A DNA stretch of 64,000 nt. It comes from Octopus sinensis (lineage: Eukaryota). The notes under the pieces were generated by a model. That model saw only the letters and a program-made list of their open reading frames with translations. It was not told where the DNA came from and did no database searches. Of this stretch, positions 25,581 through 41,009 are shown piece by piece. The position numbers were made by a program, and so were the translations under genes. The stretch covers positions 115,878,001 to 115,942,000 of the forward strand of contig NC_042998.1 of the NCBI RefSeq assembly GCF_006345805.1, read 5' to 3'. Each line of letters opens with the position of its first letter. Position 1 is the first letter of the stretch.

Positions 25581-26519
25581 CTAAAAAAATTCAGAAGTTG
25601 ATAAATTTTTGATGCAAATTTTCTAATGGGCTTCAAATATTCATTGTCAATTATTCTTAATGAAGTTCTTTATTAATTACAGAGATCCGATAACTCTCTT
25701 GCATACTCTGAGAAAGCTGTAATAATCGGTTTCTGCCCTGAAGATTCTGAACACAATGCTTCAGCAAACATATTGGGGAAAATAAATGAGGGGTAAACAT
25801 ATACCAACCGCACTGCTATTTATACCTATCTCTCTCTCAATATATATATATATATCATACAGGCAATAATATTCTAATGTAAATACAAGCGCTGATTGCT
25901 TCAAATTTGTGCTATTACCGTGCTATTTACTTTTTAGTTACTACTTCAGTAATTGAAGTTTATATTCACCGCAATTAAAGTCGATCTATTGTTATTTTAT
26001 ATTGATTTCTAACATTGAAAGAAAGCCAAAATTTTGGGAAAAGTGCATAATCAATAATTAAATCTACGCCCCAGTATTTTACGTCAATTTCTCTTATATC
26101 AGCCTGGAAATTTTGGCATTATATATTTCTACAATAAAGTATATATTTTATATTCGAATATAAATCGAGGGTATTTCTTTAAAATATGAAGGAATTACTG
26201 AGGGAATTCATGACCAGTCATATCTCCAAAAAAGACAACATGGATTTAAAAATAGCTGCCAAGTCTTTAAATGACATTCCGTTTGTTTTATCAAAATATA
26301 ATATCACGCACAGTATAGCGTAATTTAAAATAAAGTGTGATTGAATATAAGATAGAATGCCTGAAGTTGGCACGCCTTTGGTCATAAGGCTTGATCTCCC
26401 AAGCTATGACTGAACGACAGCAACAACAAAAGTCGGATTAACAGTCGCAGCAGCACCTACAAAAACAGCGGAAGCATAAAAGCAACAAAATATAACTAGA
26501 CTGAATATTAATCTCTAAT

Positions 26520-26729
26520 GTTGGTTTTAAATTTTGAGACTAGGCCAGGAATTTCGAGGGAGACACAACGGTGATTTCGTCAACTCCAGTGCCCGACTGG
26601 TACTTATTTTATCGACTCCGAAAGTATGAAAGACAAAGTCGACCTCAGGGGAATTTGAACTCAGAAAGTAAACACGGATGAAATACCGCTAAACACAGCG
26701 TGTTAACAATTTTGCCAACGCGCCGCCTT
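26520..26729 (-). mobile_element. SINE family A copy
   Basis: CTGGTACTTATTTTATCGAC...AAAGTCGACCTCAGGGGAATTTGAACTCAG...GCCAACGCGCCGCCTTA. Confidence 0.85.
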
Positions 26730-26749
26730 ATATTAATCTATAATATTCT

Positions 26750-26849
26750 TTTCTACTATAGGCACACGGGGACAATCGATTACAATGACTCCAGTGCTCA
26801 GCTGGTACTGATTTTTTCGATCCCCATGATTCCACTCGCTCGCCACCTT
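26750..26849 (-). mobile_element. SINE family A, internally deleted, with apparent 20-bp TSD
   Basis: Head TTCCACTCGCTCGCCACCTTA and tail CTGGTACT...GGCAC; flanked by TTATATTAATCTATAATATT and TTATATTAATCTTTAATATT. Confidence 0.65.
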
Positions 26850-27478
26850 ATATTAATCTTTAATATTACCAACATATTTATCTAGAAGAGGTTTCCTAAA
26901 TATAACAAGTCTTAGTATTTAATGAGTAGTTATATTACCGACATTAGAAATATGAGAGACAAATCTCACCACGGATGAATTTGAGGTAAAGATCGAAGAA
27001 GGCGACTAAATACCAAAAACTCTCTAAAGATTCTTTTCACGTTCATCAACTGGATGACTAGATGATTTCTAATGATGCTACATATATTCTGTTCTGATAA
27101 AAAATGGGATGTTATTTGAAGACTTGACAGCTACTTTTAGGTCAGATGACCGAGTCATCATTTTGGAAATATTACTGGCCATGGATGTCCTCAGTAAGTC
27201 CTTCATATTTTAAAGAAATATCCTCGATTTACATTTAATTATGTATGTATACACACGCATGTACACACAAATACGCACACACACATACACACTCACACAG
27301 AACTCTCTCGGCACTTTAACAAATGAAGTTGCTCTAGGAGAAGGCTGCAGAATGTCTTTAGATCGCTGATTGCTGTGTCATATTATGTGAAGATCTCGGT
27401 CCATCCAAGCATTGCAGATCTGGTCGCAGATTTTCTAGTGCTGGTACCAATTATTTGTCATTATTCTCCTTCAAAAAA

Positions 27479-27516
<38 letters not shown>

Positions 27517-27984
27517 AATGTAATACGTCGCGGACGAGACATATCGGTTAATTCTGCGCATTTGTATGAAGATTAGTGGGGTGTTGGTGTAACAAAATAT
27601 GAAAGTAAATATTATGTATCAGAAATGTTGCATTCATAGTTTCTCTGTTTCTTTTACTTTATTTCTTTATTTATTTATTCTTCTTGTAAATAAGACAAAA
27701 AAGGATTATTTTTCAACATTATGTTTATTATACACTGATAGACTCTTGTGACACATAAGAATTGTAGTGTAGGTCAAGTGCAGTGAACACATGACAAGAT
27801 AATGTAGTGGAGGTGGAGGAATAGGAGGCAAAGGACATACGATTTAGGGGCCAACGGCAAGAGAAAAACAAAGATACGAAACAAAGATGCAAAACAAGAG
27901 AACAACGAGTATTGTATATCAATCCATAACAAAACGAACATGGCATCCAGTTAGCAACGCCACAAATATATTTTCTTTTTTTCA

Positions 27985-27993
27985 TATTTTGCT

Positions 27994-28027
<34 letters not shown>

Positions 28028-28041
28028 AATATATATATATA

Positions 28042-28072
<31 letters not shown>

Positions 28073-28580
28073 ATATATATATATGTATATATGTGTGTAT
28101 ATATATATGTATGTATATATATATATATATTATATATAACATATATATATATATTAATACATATATATATGTATTTATATATATCAATCAATACATATAT
28201 AATATATATATATATATATAATATATATATATATAATATATATATATAATATACATACATATATATATATATGTACAGATGTATAGGCTTGTGTGTGTAT
28301 GAATATATAATATACATATATATATTTATACATATAGAGACATATATCTGTCTATAGGTATGCATATATATATATACATATAACTATATGTATGCATATG
28401 TATATACATATATATCAATTTCTAACATAAGGGTGTCCACATAGTGGTTTCCCTTTAATATGTATATATATATACACATATATATATACATACACATATA
28501 TATATATACATATGTATATATATAATATATATATATATACATACACATATATATATACATATAACTATATGTATGCATAT

Positions 28581-28611
<31 letters not shown>

Positions 28612-28660
28612 ATATATATATATATATAAATATTAGATATATATTTGTATATATGTATAT
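27985..28660. repeat. Degenerate (TA)n/(TACA)n array
   Basis: Directly visible. Confidence 0.95.
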
Positions 28661-28679
28661 ATATAATCTTTTGAAAGAA

Positions 28680-29204
28680 AAAGTTGAATGTGACTCTGAA
28701 GTTTGTGTTGCTCGTTTCCTTTGGGCTCTACCTTGCTTGGTCTCCTTTTAGCTTCATATAACGTTTCGCAGGTTGTATTTTGGGGTACATATGGTTAATT
28801 AGATTTATTTTAGATTGACCAGGAAAGTAGTTGTGTATACAGGAGGATAAGAAGTATTAGAGAAAGAATATATTCTTGAACAGAGTGGGTTGATAAAATT
28901 TGTGAGGAGGAGATTTTTATTTACTTTGATGTGGAAATGTTGCCATCGTTTTGAGTTTAGCCATGTGCAAAACATAACCATATAAATATATGTGTTAGGT
29001 TCAAGTCACGACACTTTGTATTGACAGTAGAATATTGTTGTGTCTTAGGGTTTACAAAAGAATTTTTGTGCTTAAATTAGTCCGACACACTATATAACTC
29101 AAACTGGAGAGAACCTGTGTTAGTGGTATATGATATATGATTTCTGTCAAGAAATTGTAAAATTGAATGAATGATCTTAGGTATGTATTTATACATGTCC
29201 AATG

Positions 29205-29240
<36 letters not shown>

Positions 29241-29430
29241 GTATAAATGTAAGATCCAATAATCCAGGTGTAGGAAGGGAGTGAACTTCAAGAAATCCGT
29301 AGAAAATATAAAAAGAATCAACCTTCAGGAACAATATTGGTTTACTGGAGCAAAAGGTTGTGAAAGTTTCTGTGGCGAAACACAATAAGCTGAAAAACAT
29401 TACTTTATATTTCGCAGTAGGCTGCCAGGT
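28680..29430 (-). mobile_element. Probable PLE reverse-transcriptase remnant, interrupted by (TA)n
   Basis: Reverse-strand fragments SFIQFYNF, IVCRTNLSTKILL and NFRVTFN echo PLE RT motifs (SFIQFDI--FYP, RKSLLF, NFLDVTFNL); many stops. Confidence 0.45.
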
Positions 29431-29567
29431 TTGTCAGGTATACCGAAGGGTAGCCTGCGATAAACATCACACTCGGATATTTACGACATTCGTGGTTCCA
29501 CATGCTATGAAACATACGTAACCCGGATTCCATTTGCCCATTCCTTAACTTCTGGATTATATATATA

Positions 29568-29639
<72 letters not shown>

Positions 29640-29929
29640 ATATTATATATACATATATACATACATACATACACATATGTATATATATAAATGTATGCAG
29701 CCATGTAACTATATTTTCTTTGATGGACATGATGTACATAGTGAATATGCAAGTATGATAATGAGTATATGTACAATTTCAGGAGAATACGCATATGTAT
29801 TACTATATATCTTCTTTATGATATTTTACATGTATATCTCCTTAAAGATGGAGGGAAAATGTAATCATATTTATGCATTCCTCTCGATGTATAAATGATG
29901 TAGTATAATTACTTGTACACATTTTCTAC

Positions 29930-30530
29930 CTTAATATATATATAATAATAACACTTAAACAGACTAGTGAACTCTCAATGAATATTCATCACAATATATT
30001 CCGCTTAATCTTAAACTTGACAAAACACTTCAAATCATTTTAAATTATATAATAGTGCCAATAGGCATTCTGCGTTAATATGAACCATGCTGCATGTGCA
30101 ACTTATTAACATACCAAAATTCTTTTGTGAATCCTAAAATAGAGTGAAATCAAACTTTCTCAATTTGACACGACTGTTTACTCAGCTACTTCCACGATAG
30201 ACTGACACGGTTAATTCCACGATTGACTTAAAAACAATAATAGTATTTCTTCATTAAATCAAAATGTATGCTTTCATCTTAACTTATAGACCAACACCAC
30301 ACAAACACACTACTCCTATTCCTACACAAGTATTTCTCCATTGTACCCTGATTTCATCCAATTGTCATTTTACGCCACTCCACCTAACAAACTCAAAGCG
30401 ACTTATCTATATTATATAAAGCTAAAAAGTAACCATGTAAGGTAAAGACTGCCGCCGAAGGTGAGCAAAAGAATACTTGGAAGTCACAATCAACTATTCT
30501 TTGTAGTAGTCTAAAAAAATAAGTAATCTA
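29930..30530 (+). mobile_element. Possible PLE 3' remnant between TA arrays
   Basis: A/C-rich strand bias and layout similar to 6660-7070; no clean motif recovered. Confidence 0.3.
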
Positions 30531-30599
30531 CGAAAATGCATTGAGTAATCATTCAGTTCAATGTAACTTTTTTCATAAATCACTGTGCATAAATATAGA

Positions 30600-30614
30600 T
30601 ACTTATATACATAC

Positions 30615-30699
<85 letters not shown>

Positions 30700-31285
30700 T
30701 ATTATTATATTATATATATATATAAGTTATATATATGCGCATGTATATGTATGTTTATATATGTATATATAGAGATATATGTATATATATGCACACATAT
30801 ATATATGCAATATATATGTATACGTATATATATGCATATATATATGTATGCATATATATAAATATATATAGTTAGATATATATATATATATATAGATATA
30901 ATTTATATATATATACAGATGTACATATATATATGTATATACAAATATATAATATACAATATATATACATACATATCCATATGTAATATATATATATATA
31001 CATAGATATATATATATATATACATATATTTTGTATATACATATACATATATACATATATATTCATATATATATATATGTACGTATATATATTTGCATAT
31101 GTGTATATATATGTATAGGTATATATATATATATATATTATGTATAGTGTATATATATGTGTATATATGTTTATATATGTATGTATACATATATATGTAT
31201 ATATGTATATATATATATTAGGTATATATATATATATATTATATATATATATAATATATATATTATATATATATATATATATATT
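30600..31285. repeat. Degenerate (TA)n array
   Basis: Directly visible. Confidence 0.95.
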
Positions 31286-32136
31286 AAATGGCGTGTTAAG
31301 GCACTTGGTCTTTCCAATCATTTCAAAATAGCTTGTGACGAGCTAATGATAGGTTTTGATGCCATTCAGTTGTTGAAACAATGACGGATATGAACGCACT
31401 GGCTTTCAATCACATGAGAACCAGCAGACAAAATAACTAGATCTTTCGTCAGCGAAATTAAAAGCAGTTCAAACTACCATATACATATAAATACAGACAT
31501 ACACGCACACACATACAAATAAATACATATAGATGCAGATGCTTTCATATTTCCACACACATATATTAATGTATTTGAATGTTCTTTAATAGTGATACAC
31601 ACAATCATAAGTATACAACCACATGCATACAAAGACTGATATATATGATAGCAGACATCCATGCTCACTTACATATCTCCATAGATATAGAAATACATAC
31701 ACATACGAATTTGATTACAACAAATATGGGAGATTATTCAGGACATAAAGTATAAGTTATTAATTTGTTGATCTGGAGCAGAATGTTTTTGCTGTCGTTG
31801 TTCAAACTTTGGTGTCCTGCTAAGTTAGTGTGTCTTACCTCTGTGAAGAATGTAACTTGGGAACTAGGATTACCGAGAAAATATATGTAACTGCGTGAAA
31901 GAAACATACATTTGTTGCTATATATATATGTATACTCACACATCACACACACATGGGCACTCATACACAAATATAAATGTTCGTTTGATGTGGTGGCATT
32001 TGCGTTTTACTGCATGTACGTATACGTATGCATATATTAGTAGGAATGAATATGTATACATGCATAAGTATATGTGCATACACATACACATGCATGTGTA
32101 TATATATATATACATACATATATATATATATATATA

Positions 32137-32173
<37 letters not shown>

Positions 32174-33499
32174 ATATATATATATATATATATATACGTA
32201 TGGAGTTTTGTATTTGTGTATAACATATATGCATATTTTATGATTACCTGTTTATGTATATTATATGTATATATAGATCCATGATTTACTAGATACTGGG
32301 CATAGAGCTAGAGAGTGCTTCGTTTATTCTATTCTGATGACATTTATCCTATGCCAAAAACTATAAATCTTTGTACCTGATGAAATGAAGTGATATAATG
32401 TAATGACATCTATTAGTGGAATATGTTCTTGATTAATTACAAGTACAGTGAATAGCATTCTAATACATTTTCTCTAACATGTATCAGCCAAACCATCTTC
32501 ATAAATATTTCAATGTGAGAAATAAATACGTTTCACTATCATTTCAAAGCTTTTACAAATTGTACAAATTCTGAGTAGAGTTTCGAAAAGGGAGAAGAAA
32601 TATAACCAAAAGAAAATAATGAAAAATATAAAGGAATTATCGAACATATGGAAACCAGGTTCGTTGGTTTGTTCTGTCAATAGAGGTTATTCTTGGAATA
32701 AATTTATATAAAGTTTCGATAACCGATTTTAGTTTGAAAATTGTAATTAATGTTTGCAACGATAAACTATTATAAAAATTTAAAATATATAACGAACACT
32801 AAAACTTTTATAATAAAAGTTATGTAAATTTATTTCCCCCCGCTAAACTTTTGGCAAGATTGGCAGAGGTTAAATGTATTATTTATTGGTCATTTAATGT
32901 TATGCCAAAACTAACAGAAGAAGCAAAGTGTCCATTTTATGCATATTTTGTACTTGGTTCTTTTCGTCTCCTGGGTCCTATAACATGTGTTCTACACTGA
33001 AATGGTTCTGTCAAGAAATTTAAAATTCCTGTTTCTCTTAACTTTCAAAGATTCGTTAATTGATAAAGCAACAGTTTTTGGTTTTGAAAAGAGTAACAAT
33101 ACACGATCTAGAAGTCCAGGATCAGTGAAATTGAGATTTCTTGTAACGAAGAAATATCAGAAATTATAATCTCCACGAAATAACCTAAAGCGGGTTTTAA
33201 AAATAACTACTTCTTATATCAGCAAAACGTATCTTATATAGATGAGCAACGATTGACTAATTTACAATTACTTGATCGTTTCTTGGGAGGCATGAAGAAT
33301 ATAAAATTAAAAAGAAAACTAAAACCGAAATGGTACAACCAAGAATCTGAATTTCAGTTCCATTTTCAAAACTTGGTGATTAAAATTTATCGCACAGTAA
33401 ACATCTCTCTAATGAAATATACTTAAAATAGTGATATAGTGAATACTTGCAAGCTATCAACGCAATTAAAACCATAGACTTAAGCGAGAGAAAGAGAGA

Positions 33500-33751
33500 G
33501 AGAGTAGCGCTAATATGTATGTATGCATATGTGTGTATATATATATGCATGTGTGTATATATAAAGACATGTATGTGTATATATATGTATACAAATGTAT
33601 ATGTATGCATACATATGGATATGTATGTATGCATATGTATATATGCATGTATACTTGCCTATGTGCAAATGTATATGTATATATATGTATATGTCATATA
33701 TATGTATATAAGTATATATATATGTATGTATATATGTATATATATTATGTA

Positions 33752-33807
<56 letters not shown>

Positions 33808-33903
33808 TATATATATGTATATGTATACATATGTCTATATGTATACATACATATATATATATACATATATAAATATATATATATATAAATAATATATATA
33901 TAT

Positions 33904-33951
<48 letters not shown>

Positions 33952-34005
33952 TATATATATGGATATATATTTATATGTATCTATCTATATATATATGTAT
34001 GCATA
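33500..34005. repeat. Degenerate (TA)n/(TATG)n array
   Basis: Directly visible. Confidence 0.95.
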
Positions 34006-34008
34006 ATT

Positions 34009-36625
34009 ATTGTTGGTCTCTACAGGCCTCCCCAACCATCTCTAAAGTGCTTTGAATAGTGCCCCAACAGAATCAAGTCCTTCCTTCAAAATTACAACTC
34101 CGGAAACATACTAGTGATGGGTGATTTTAATCTCCTTCGTATAAACTGGCCCACAAATACTCTGAAGTTAGGCAAATGCCCTACATCAGATAAAGCAGCA
34201 GCAGAAGTACTCTTTAATCTAATGGATAAATTCTTCCTGACTCAGCTAATGCTCGAACCAACAAGACAGAATAAACCGATCTTGGATCTAATATTTACCA
34301 ACCACTCTAGCTCTGTTCACAGTATTTTAGTTGAAAAAACTCTACTCTCAAACCCCGACATGATACTCTGCAATTTTAATTCCCGGCATATCAAAACCAA
34401 ACCAGCCAATCCCACTCCACGGTACTGCTTTGACAACATAAACTTCCACAAAGCAGACTGGGGAGCAATCAGAAAGGAATTGTCCTTCATCTCAGTTCCA
34501 CTCACATTGAGACCGCATGGCAACACTTTGAGAACATTGTCACTTATACAGGTTCAAAACACTTTTCTACAAAATCCACTAACACAAACAGAAACTGGCT
34601 CTCTAAAAATAAAAATAAACGACACTCATCAGGCGCATCAAAAGACTCAATAAAAAAATCAACCAATTAAAATACTCCCACAAACAACATTCACATTCAA
34701 CAACAATGAAAAGGCTGGAGTTGGAAAAACTTAATCTGCAGACCGACATGAAATCCTCCATTGAAAATCAAAGAGCTGCGGAGGAACAGTGAGTAATCGA
34801 AAACATCAAACAGAAACAAAATGTGTTCTATTCTTATCCAAATAAGTACGGAACCATTGTCTCACCCATTGAGCCATTGATCAATGATAAAGATATTCCC
34901 CAACACGATGCTAAAGAAATGGCAGAAATACTGCAGAAACAATACAGTTCTATCATTAGTGATCCCACTGATATTGACGTAAAGGAATCGAACGAAGTTG
35001 ATACCAAACATAAAATCTCGGGCACAATCTTCACTGTCTCAGACATCATAGAAACAATAAATAAGGTCAGAATACTATACAGCTGTAGGCCCTGATAGAT
35101 TCCCCGCTAGTCTCCTGAAGGAATGTAGACACCAACTTGCAGTCCCTCTGATCAATCTCTGGAGAAATTCTTTAGACTTAGGTTATATACCGAAACAGCT
35201 CCTATCCCAGTCTGTCATCCCGGTTTTCAAACAGGGAAACAGATCCCTCGCAGTCAACTATCGCCCAATCTCACGCACCTCCCAAATCATTAAAGTGTTT
35301 CACAGAGTGGGAAAATCAAGGATAGCTGACTTCCTTGAGACCCACAAACTCTTAAATGCAAATCAGCATGGCTTTCGCTGTAGCAGAGACTGTCTAACGC
35401 AGCTCTTACACCACATTGAAGATATACTTAAAGCCTTGGGAACAGGTGTCATGCATCTTGACTTCACTAAAGCGTTCGACTGGGTTGACCATAATATCTT
35501 ACTCTCAAAATTTGAAAATGTTGGAATCCGTGGAAAACTTCTACACTGGATTAAGCATTTCCTGGCGAATAGAACACAATTTTGTGGTCGATGGAGACCT
35601 CTCAAGCCCAGCAAAAGTCACAAGTGGTGTACCTCAGGGGACTGTCTTGGGCCTGCTCCTCTTTATAATTTACATAAATGACCTTTCTAGCATCGTAAAT
35701 CACTGCAAAGTGAAAATATTTGCTGATGACACTAAGCTCCAGCAAGTCCTCAACAAAGATCTATATGCTGTGAGTCAATGGACAGATAAAAACAAAATGC
35801 AACTGAACGACGGAAAATTTGAGTATTTTGGAAGAAAGTCTATACTAAAACAGCCATACTCTCCTCTTTCAGGGGAACCGCTCATAGCATCTAATAATAT
35901 CAGAGACCTGGGTGTAATTGTGGATAACAATCTCAGTTAGAGTGCCCACATCAACAATAAGGTCGATATAGCTCGTAGGATGAGCTCCTGGATCTTAAGA
36001 ATCTTCCGGTCCAGCGAACAAGATGTCATCATTCCACTTTTCTCCTCCTTTGTACGGCCACAACTCGAATACTGCTGCCTCTTGTGGTCTCCCAATACAA
36101 AACAAAACATCTGGAGGATTGAATCGACCAAGAGGGCACTCACTAAACGAATTGAAGGCATGACTGATTTCGATTACTGGGACCGCATTAAAGCCTTGAA
36201 ACTCTACTCTCTCTGGCGCCGCCGCGAACGGTACATTATTCGTACGTTGTGGAGAATATACCGCCAGCATTGCCCAAACGACCTAAACATTAGTTTCAAG
36301 ATTTACTGAAGGCTGTGACAACGGGACATATGTCCCCTGCCTAATTCAGGATCAGAACATATAGGTACACTGCGACATAATTTCTTTTCTTCAACAGGCC
36401 CTGCCCGGTTAACATTGTCCTAAAATTGATTGAAGAGTAAAAGTATCCCATCACCTATAAACAGAGTCTGGACAGATTTCTTCAAGGAATACCAGAAAAG
36501 TCACCCATACCTGGATACAACTCATTCAACAAGAATTCACTACTTGAATGGGCCATAAACAAAAAGGATTTAGATAATGCTATCAGACGGTGCTATTAAG
36601 TTTGACATGGCCTGGACCAATCTTT
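34009..36625 (+). mobile_element. Second CR1-clade LINE family ORF2 (APE + RT), disrupted
   Basis: IVGLYRPPN, MGDFNL, EPTRQNKPILDLIFTN (APE); NYRPISRTSQIIK, QHGFRCSRDCLTQLL, LDFTKAFD, GVPQGTVLGLLLFIIYIND, IFADDTKL (RT); RPQLEYCCLLWSP, LKLYSLWRRRERY. Confidence 0.93.
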
Positions 36626-36765
36626 AGTCGAAATATATCTACATTTTATCTAAGTTTTAACATGTATTTTTATACGTATACAAATATATGTATTATATAT
36701 GTGTGTATATATGTGTATATATGTGTGTACATATGTATACATACATATGCATACGTACATACATG

Positions 36766-36769
<4 letters not shown>

Positions 36770-36830
<61 letters not shown>

Positions 36831-36835
36831 CTCTA

Positions 36836-36876
<41 letters not shown>

Positions 36877-36934
36877 CCATATCTATCTATATATCTATAT
36901 CCATATCTATCTATCTATCTATATATATATATAT
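36770..36934. repeat. (TATC)n-(TC)n-(TA)n compound microsatellite
   Basis: Directly visible; similar compounds at 38560-38800 and 39385-39730. Confidence 0.95.
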
Positions 36935-37331
36935 GAAAGAAGGTTTGAAAATGCAATTTTAAAGATGTTTATTCACTTGACCGGTTTAACGTTTTTAGAA
37001 AAAGATTGTCAAAAGTAAAATGTAAAGCTTTGTATAAGCTTTGTTCCGTTAAGTACTGGTTGTCACAAAAGTATTAAACTACAGATATACATTCTTTGAT
37101 AATAATAAGAAAATATTAAAAACAGTTTACAAGGAAATATCTGTGTCTAACATTTTCTTATTGTTATCAAAGAATGTATATATGTATTTTAATACTTTTG
37201 GGACAACCAGTACTTAACGGAACAAAGCTCATACAAAGCTTTACATTTTACTTCTGACAATCTTTTTCTAAAAAAGTGAAACCAGTCAAGTGAATAAACA
37301 TCGTTAAAATTGCATTTTCAAACCTTCTTTC
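36935..37331. mobile_element. Near-perfect foldback element (about 190-bp arms, 15-nt spacer)
   Basis: ATAT|GAAAGAAGGTTTGAAAATGC...AAAATATTAAAAACAG, spacer TTTACAAGGAAATAT, CTGTGTCTAACATTTT...GCATTTTCAAACCTTCTTTC|ATAT. Confidence 0.9.
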
Positions 37332-37389
37332 ATATATATTTCCACTCGTGCGGTACCTTACAACTTCACTTTGTTTTATATATATATAT

Positions 37390-37596
37390 ACATTCAAAAT
37401 GTGACCGCGTGTGTACCGTTGGCGACTTTTTCCTCCGTCTCCCCTTCTTTGGATCATTCCTTTTCCTATGTTCTGACGAAGACCTCCGCTCGAAACGTTA
37501 AACCCTCCTTCTTTCCTTAGCGTACAATAATACTATACTTGTTCCTCGTCCTCACGTTGTTGTATTTTCTTTTTGTGTTTTCTTGTTGGGATTAAC
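37390..37596 (+). mobile_element. Short TA-flanked cassette carrying a hammerhead core (PLE pLTR/retrozyme-like)
   Basis: Bounded by (TA)n on both sides; contains CTGACGA-A-GACC-TCC-GCTC-GAAACGTT at 37473-37499. Confidence 0.55.
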
Positions 37597-38584
37597 TATA
37601 TATATATATGCACACACACATACATTGCAGTGAACAGAAACTAGACCCAAAATATATGGCTGACAATCCTACTTGCCTTATTCTGACATGAAACCCCACC
37701 ATAAAAAAGGCACCTAAGTCTTAGTTATTTGAAGACTTATAGTCTTAGTTATTTGAAGGCTTGAATGAGATTTTACAATATATATTTCCTGGAAGGACAG
37801 ACGACTGAATCGAAATACACAAAGGTCAAAATGAAATATTTATAGAACATGTTTCAATTATGCCTTTTGCATTAGACAAGCTACTGTAAGGGAACAAATT
37901 GTAACTTTTATTTATATTTCATATCATAAAGATCAAGGGAAAACAATTACAAAAAGAACACCGTTCAGAACTGCATATATGCACACTCATGCATATATAT
38001 ATATGTTTAAATGTGAGTGTATATGTATGTAGTGTATGGGAGTGTATCCCATATATTTATATATTGTGTCTACATACACACACATACGCGCACACACACA
38101 CACACACACACATGGATAATGTGTCTGCAATAATGAACGAAAGAAAAAATACTTGAAACCGGAGATTAGCCTAGAAAGAAATTTACGTAGTCAGCTGGGA
38201 CTAACATAGGTGTACAACTTTAGTATTCTCAAGCACATCGCTCACTCTACTGTATTTTCAAATAGAATAAAGAATCATGGTAATCTGCCCGAAGAAACTT
38301 CCAGTATACGTCTAAACTAAGGACAGAAGAGAAAAATATCCATATACACATATGTATACATATACATAGTGCGTGTGTTTGAATGTGTGACTTTGTGTTG
38401 CAATTATGTAATTGTTTATACATATACTTATATATATTTCCATAAATATTTTGCACATTTATGTGATAACCTTTGACTTAGTGTATGAACACGTGCGCAC
38501 ATATCATGATTACAAAAACGTACTTAGATATAAATACGAGAGTAGAAATGTTTATATTAAAATGTATATATGCATGTATATATG

Positions 38585-38645
<61 letters not shown>

Positions 38646-38670
38646 TCTATGTATATTTGTCTGTCTGTCA

Positions 38671-38744
<74 letters not shown>

Positions 38745-38996
38745 ATATCTATCTATCTATCTATCTATCAATCTATCTATCTATCTATCTATCTATCTCT
38801 GTTTGTATGGAAGTAATTATGGATGTGTGTTTGCAGTAATGGAGTAATACCCAAGTAATACCCAGTAATGGAGTAATAACCAATTAGAAGGTAAATAACA
38901 GCAATAAATAATTGCACGTGTTTTATAATATATTTGTATGGCCACGTATATCTTAGCTTTGCCGGCAACTAGATATATATCCTGGAAACTAATAAT

Positions 38997-39209
38997 CCTT
39001 TCTCTTTTAGGCAGAAGGCTTACAATTTTGAGGGCGGGGACTAGTCGATTATATAGAGCTAATGCTCGACTAGTACTTAATTTGTCGACCCCGAAAAGAT
39101 GTAAGACAAAGTCGACCTCGGCGGAATTTGAACTGTGAACCAAGCGACGGGCGGAATACAGATGAGCATTTCACCCGGTATGTTAGCGATGCTGGTAGCT
39201 CGCCGGCTT
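38997..39209 (-). mobile_element. SINE family A copy
   Basis: TAGTACTTAATTTGTCGACCCCGAAAAG...AAAGTCGACCTCGGCGGAATTTGAAC...GTAGCTCGCCGGCTT. Confidence 0.87.
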
Positions 39210-39389
39210 ATCTTGAAGACGAATAATGGTAAGTTCAACAAACTCGGAAGATTTTACCATGTAATCTGTCTATAAGTTTTCCGTTATATAACATAGTTTT
39301 CATTCTTAAAGAAACCGGTTGAAGACGACTTGCCAATAGAACTAAAAAAATTATGAAATAATTTCTCTTCAGTGTTAATTTATCTATCC

Positions 39390-39624
<235 letters not shown>

Positions 39625-39931
39625 CATATATGTATCGATTTGCACACATACGTATACATATGTATGTACCCGTATATATAAATTCAAATAGTATGCGTAT
39701 CTATATTTGTTTATATATATATATATATATATGTGGGCGTTGTGTCTCTACGTTTATACACGGATCTATTGTAATTGTTGAGTATACAATGCAAATTAGC
39801 TGCGTGTTTCTCTGGAATTGGTCATATTGATGTACTCGCCTGTCATAAGAAAATCGTCTGAGGTTCATCATATTTTTAATTAACGGAAAAATACCTAAAT
39901 GAGCTCTGCTTAAATAAGTATATCCTTACAA

Positions 39932-40140
<209 letters not shown>

Positions 40141-40810
40141 TATGTATTGTACGTGAAAATATGTAGATATATGTATGCAAGTATCTATATCATTGCATAT
40201 GTAGCTATGTGTGTATGTATATATTGCATCCTATTCATATTAATTACACGCACACATATTTATGACTATCCATACAGCTTTATTCTGAGTTTAAGCATTC
40301 ATAAAAGACACGCTGTATAATTATATATTGCATGTAATTATTATTTTGAGCAGTTAAAATATTTTTTATTTTAACTATTGTATCATCTTGATCTAAATGA
40401 AGACAACTGCTATATGTCTGGTAAAAGCAACCAACAAAGCAACCAAGATACCAGATAGAATTAAAAATATACAGTAACATCTAGATTTTCTAATTCCCAC
40501 TCTATGCACTCTCTTATTTATCCTTATGTGCACAAACACACAAATATACATACACACGTAATATGTAATCGCATGCCTTCTCTCACTCTTTCTCTCTGAA
40601 TATATATATATATATATATACACTACATATGCTTATTTGGGAAGATACTTATTTCATATTATATATGCATTGTGTATATGTGTATATATTTAAAAATACA
40701 CACTATTTGTATAATATATAATATATCAAGTATATAATTTATATAACGAATATACATGATATATGATATAGTATATATACATTCATAAACATACAATAAT
40801 ATATTATATA

Positions 40811-40867
<57 letters not shown>

Positions 40868-40941
40868 CATACTTATATCTAGAAATGTATACTTTCCCTT
40901 GACATATTTGTCATTTGTTATTGAAATATTAGTTTATATAA

Positions 40942-41009
<68 letters not shown>

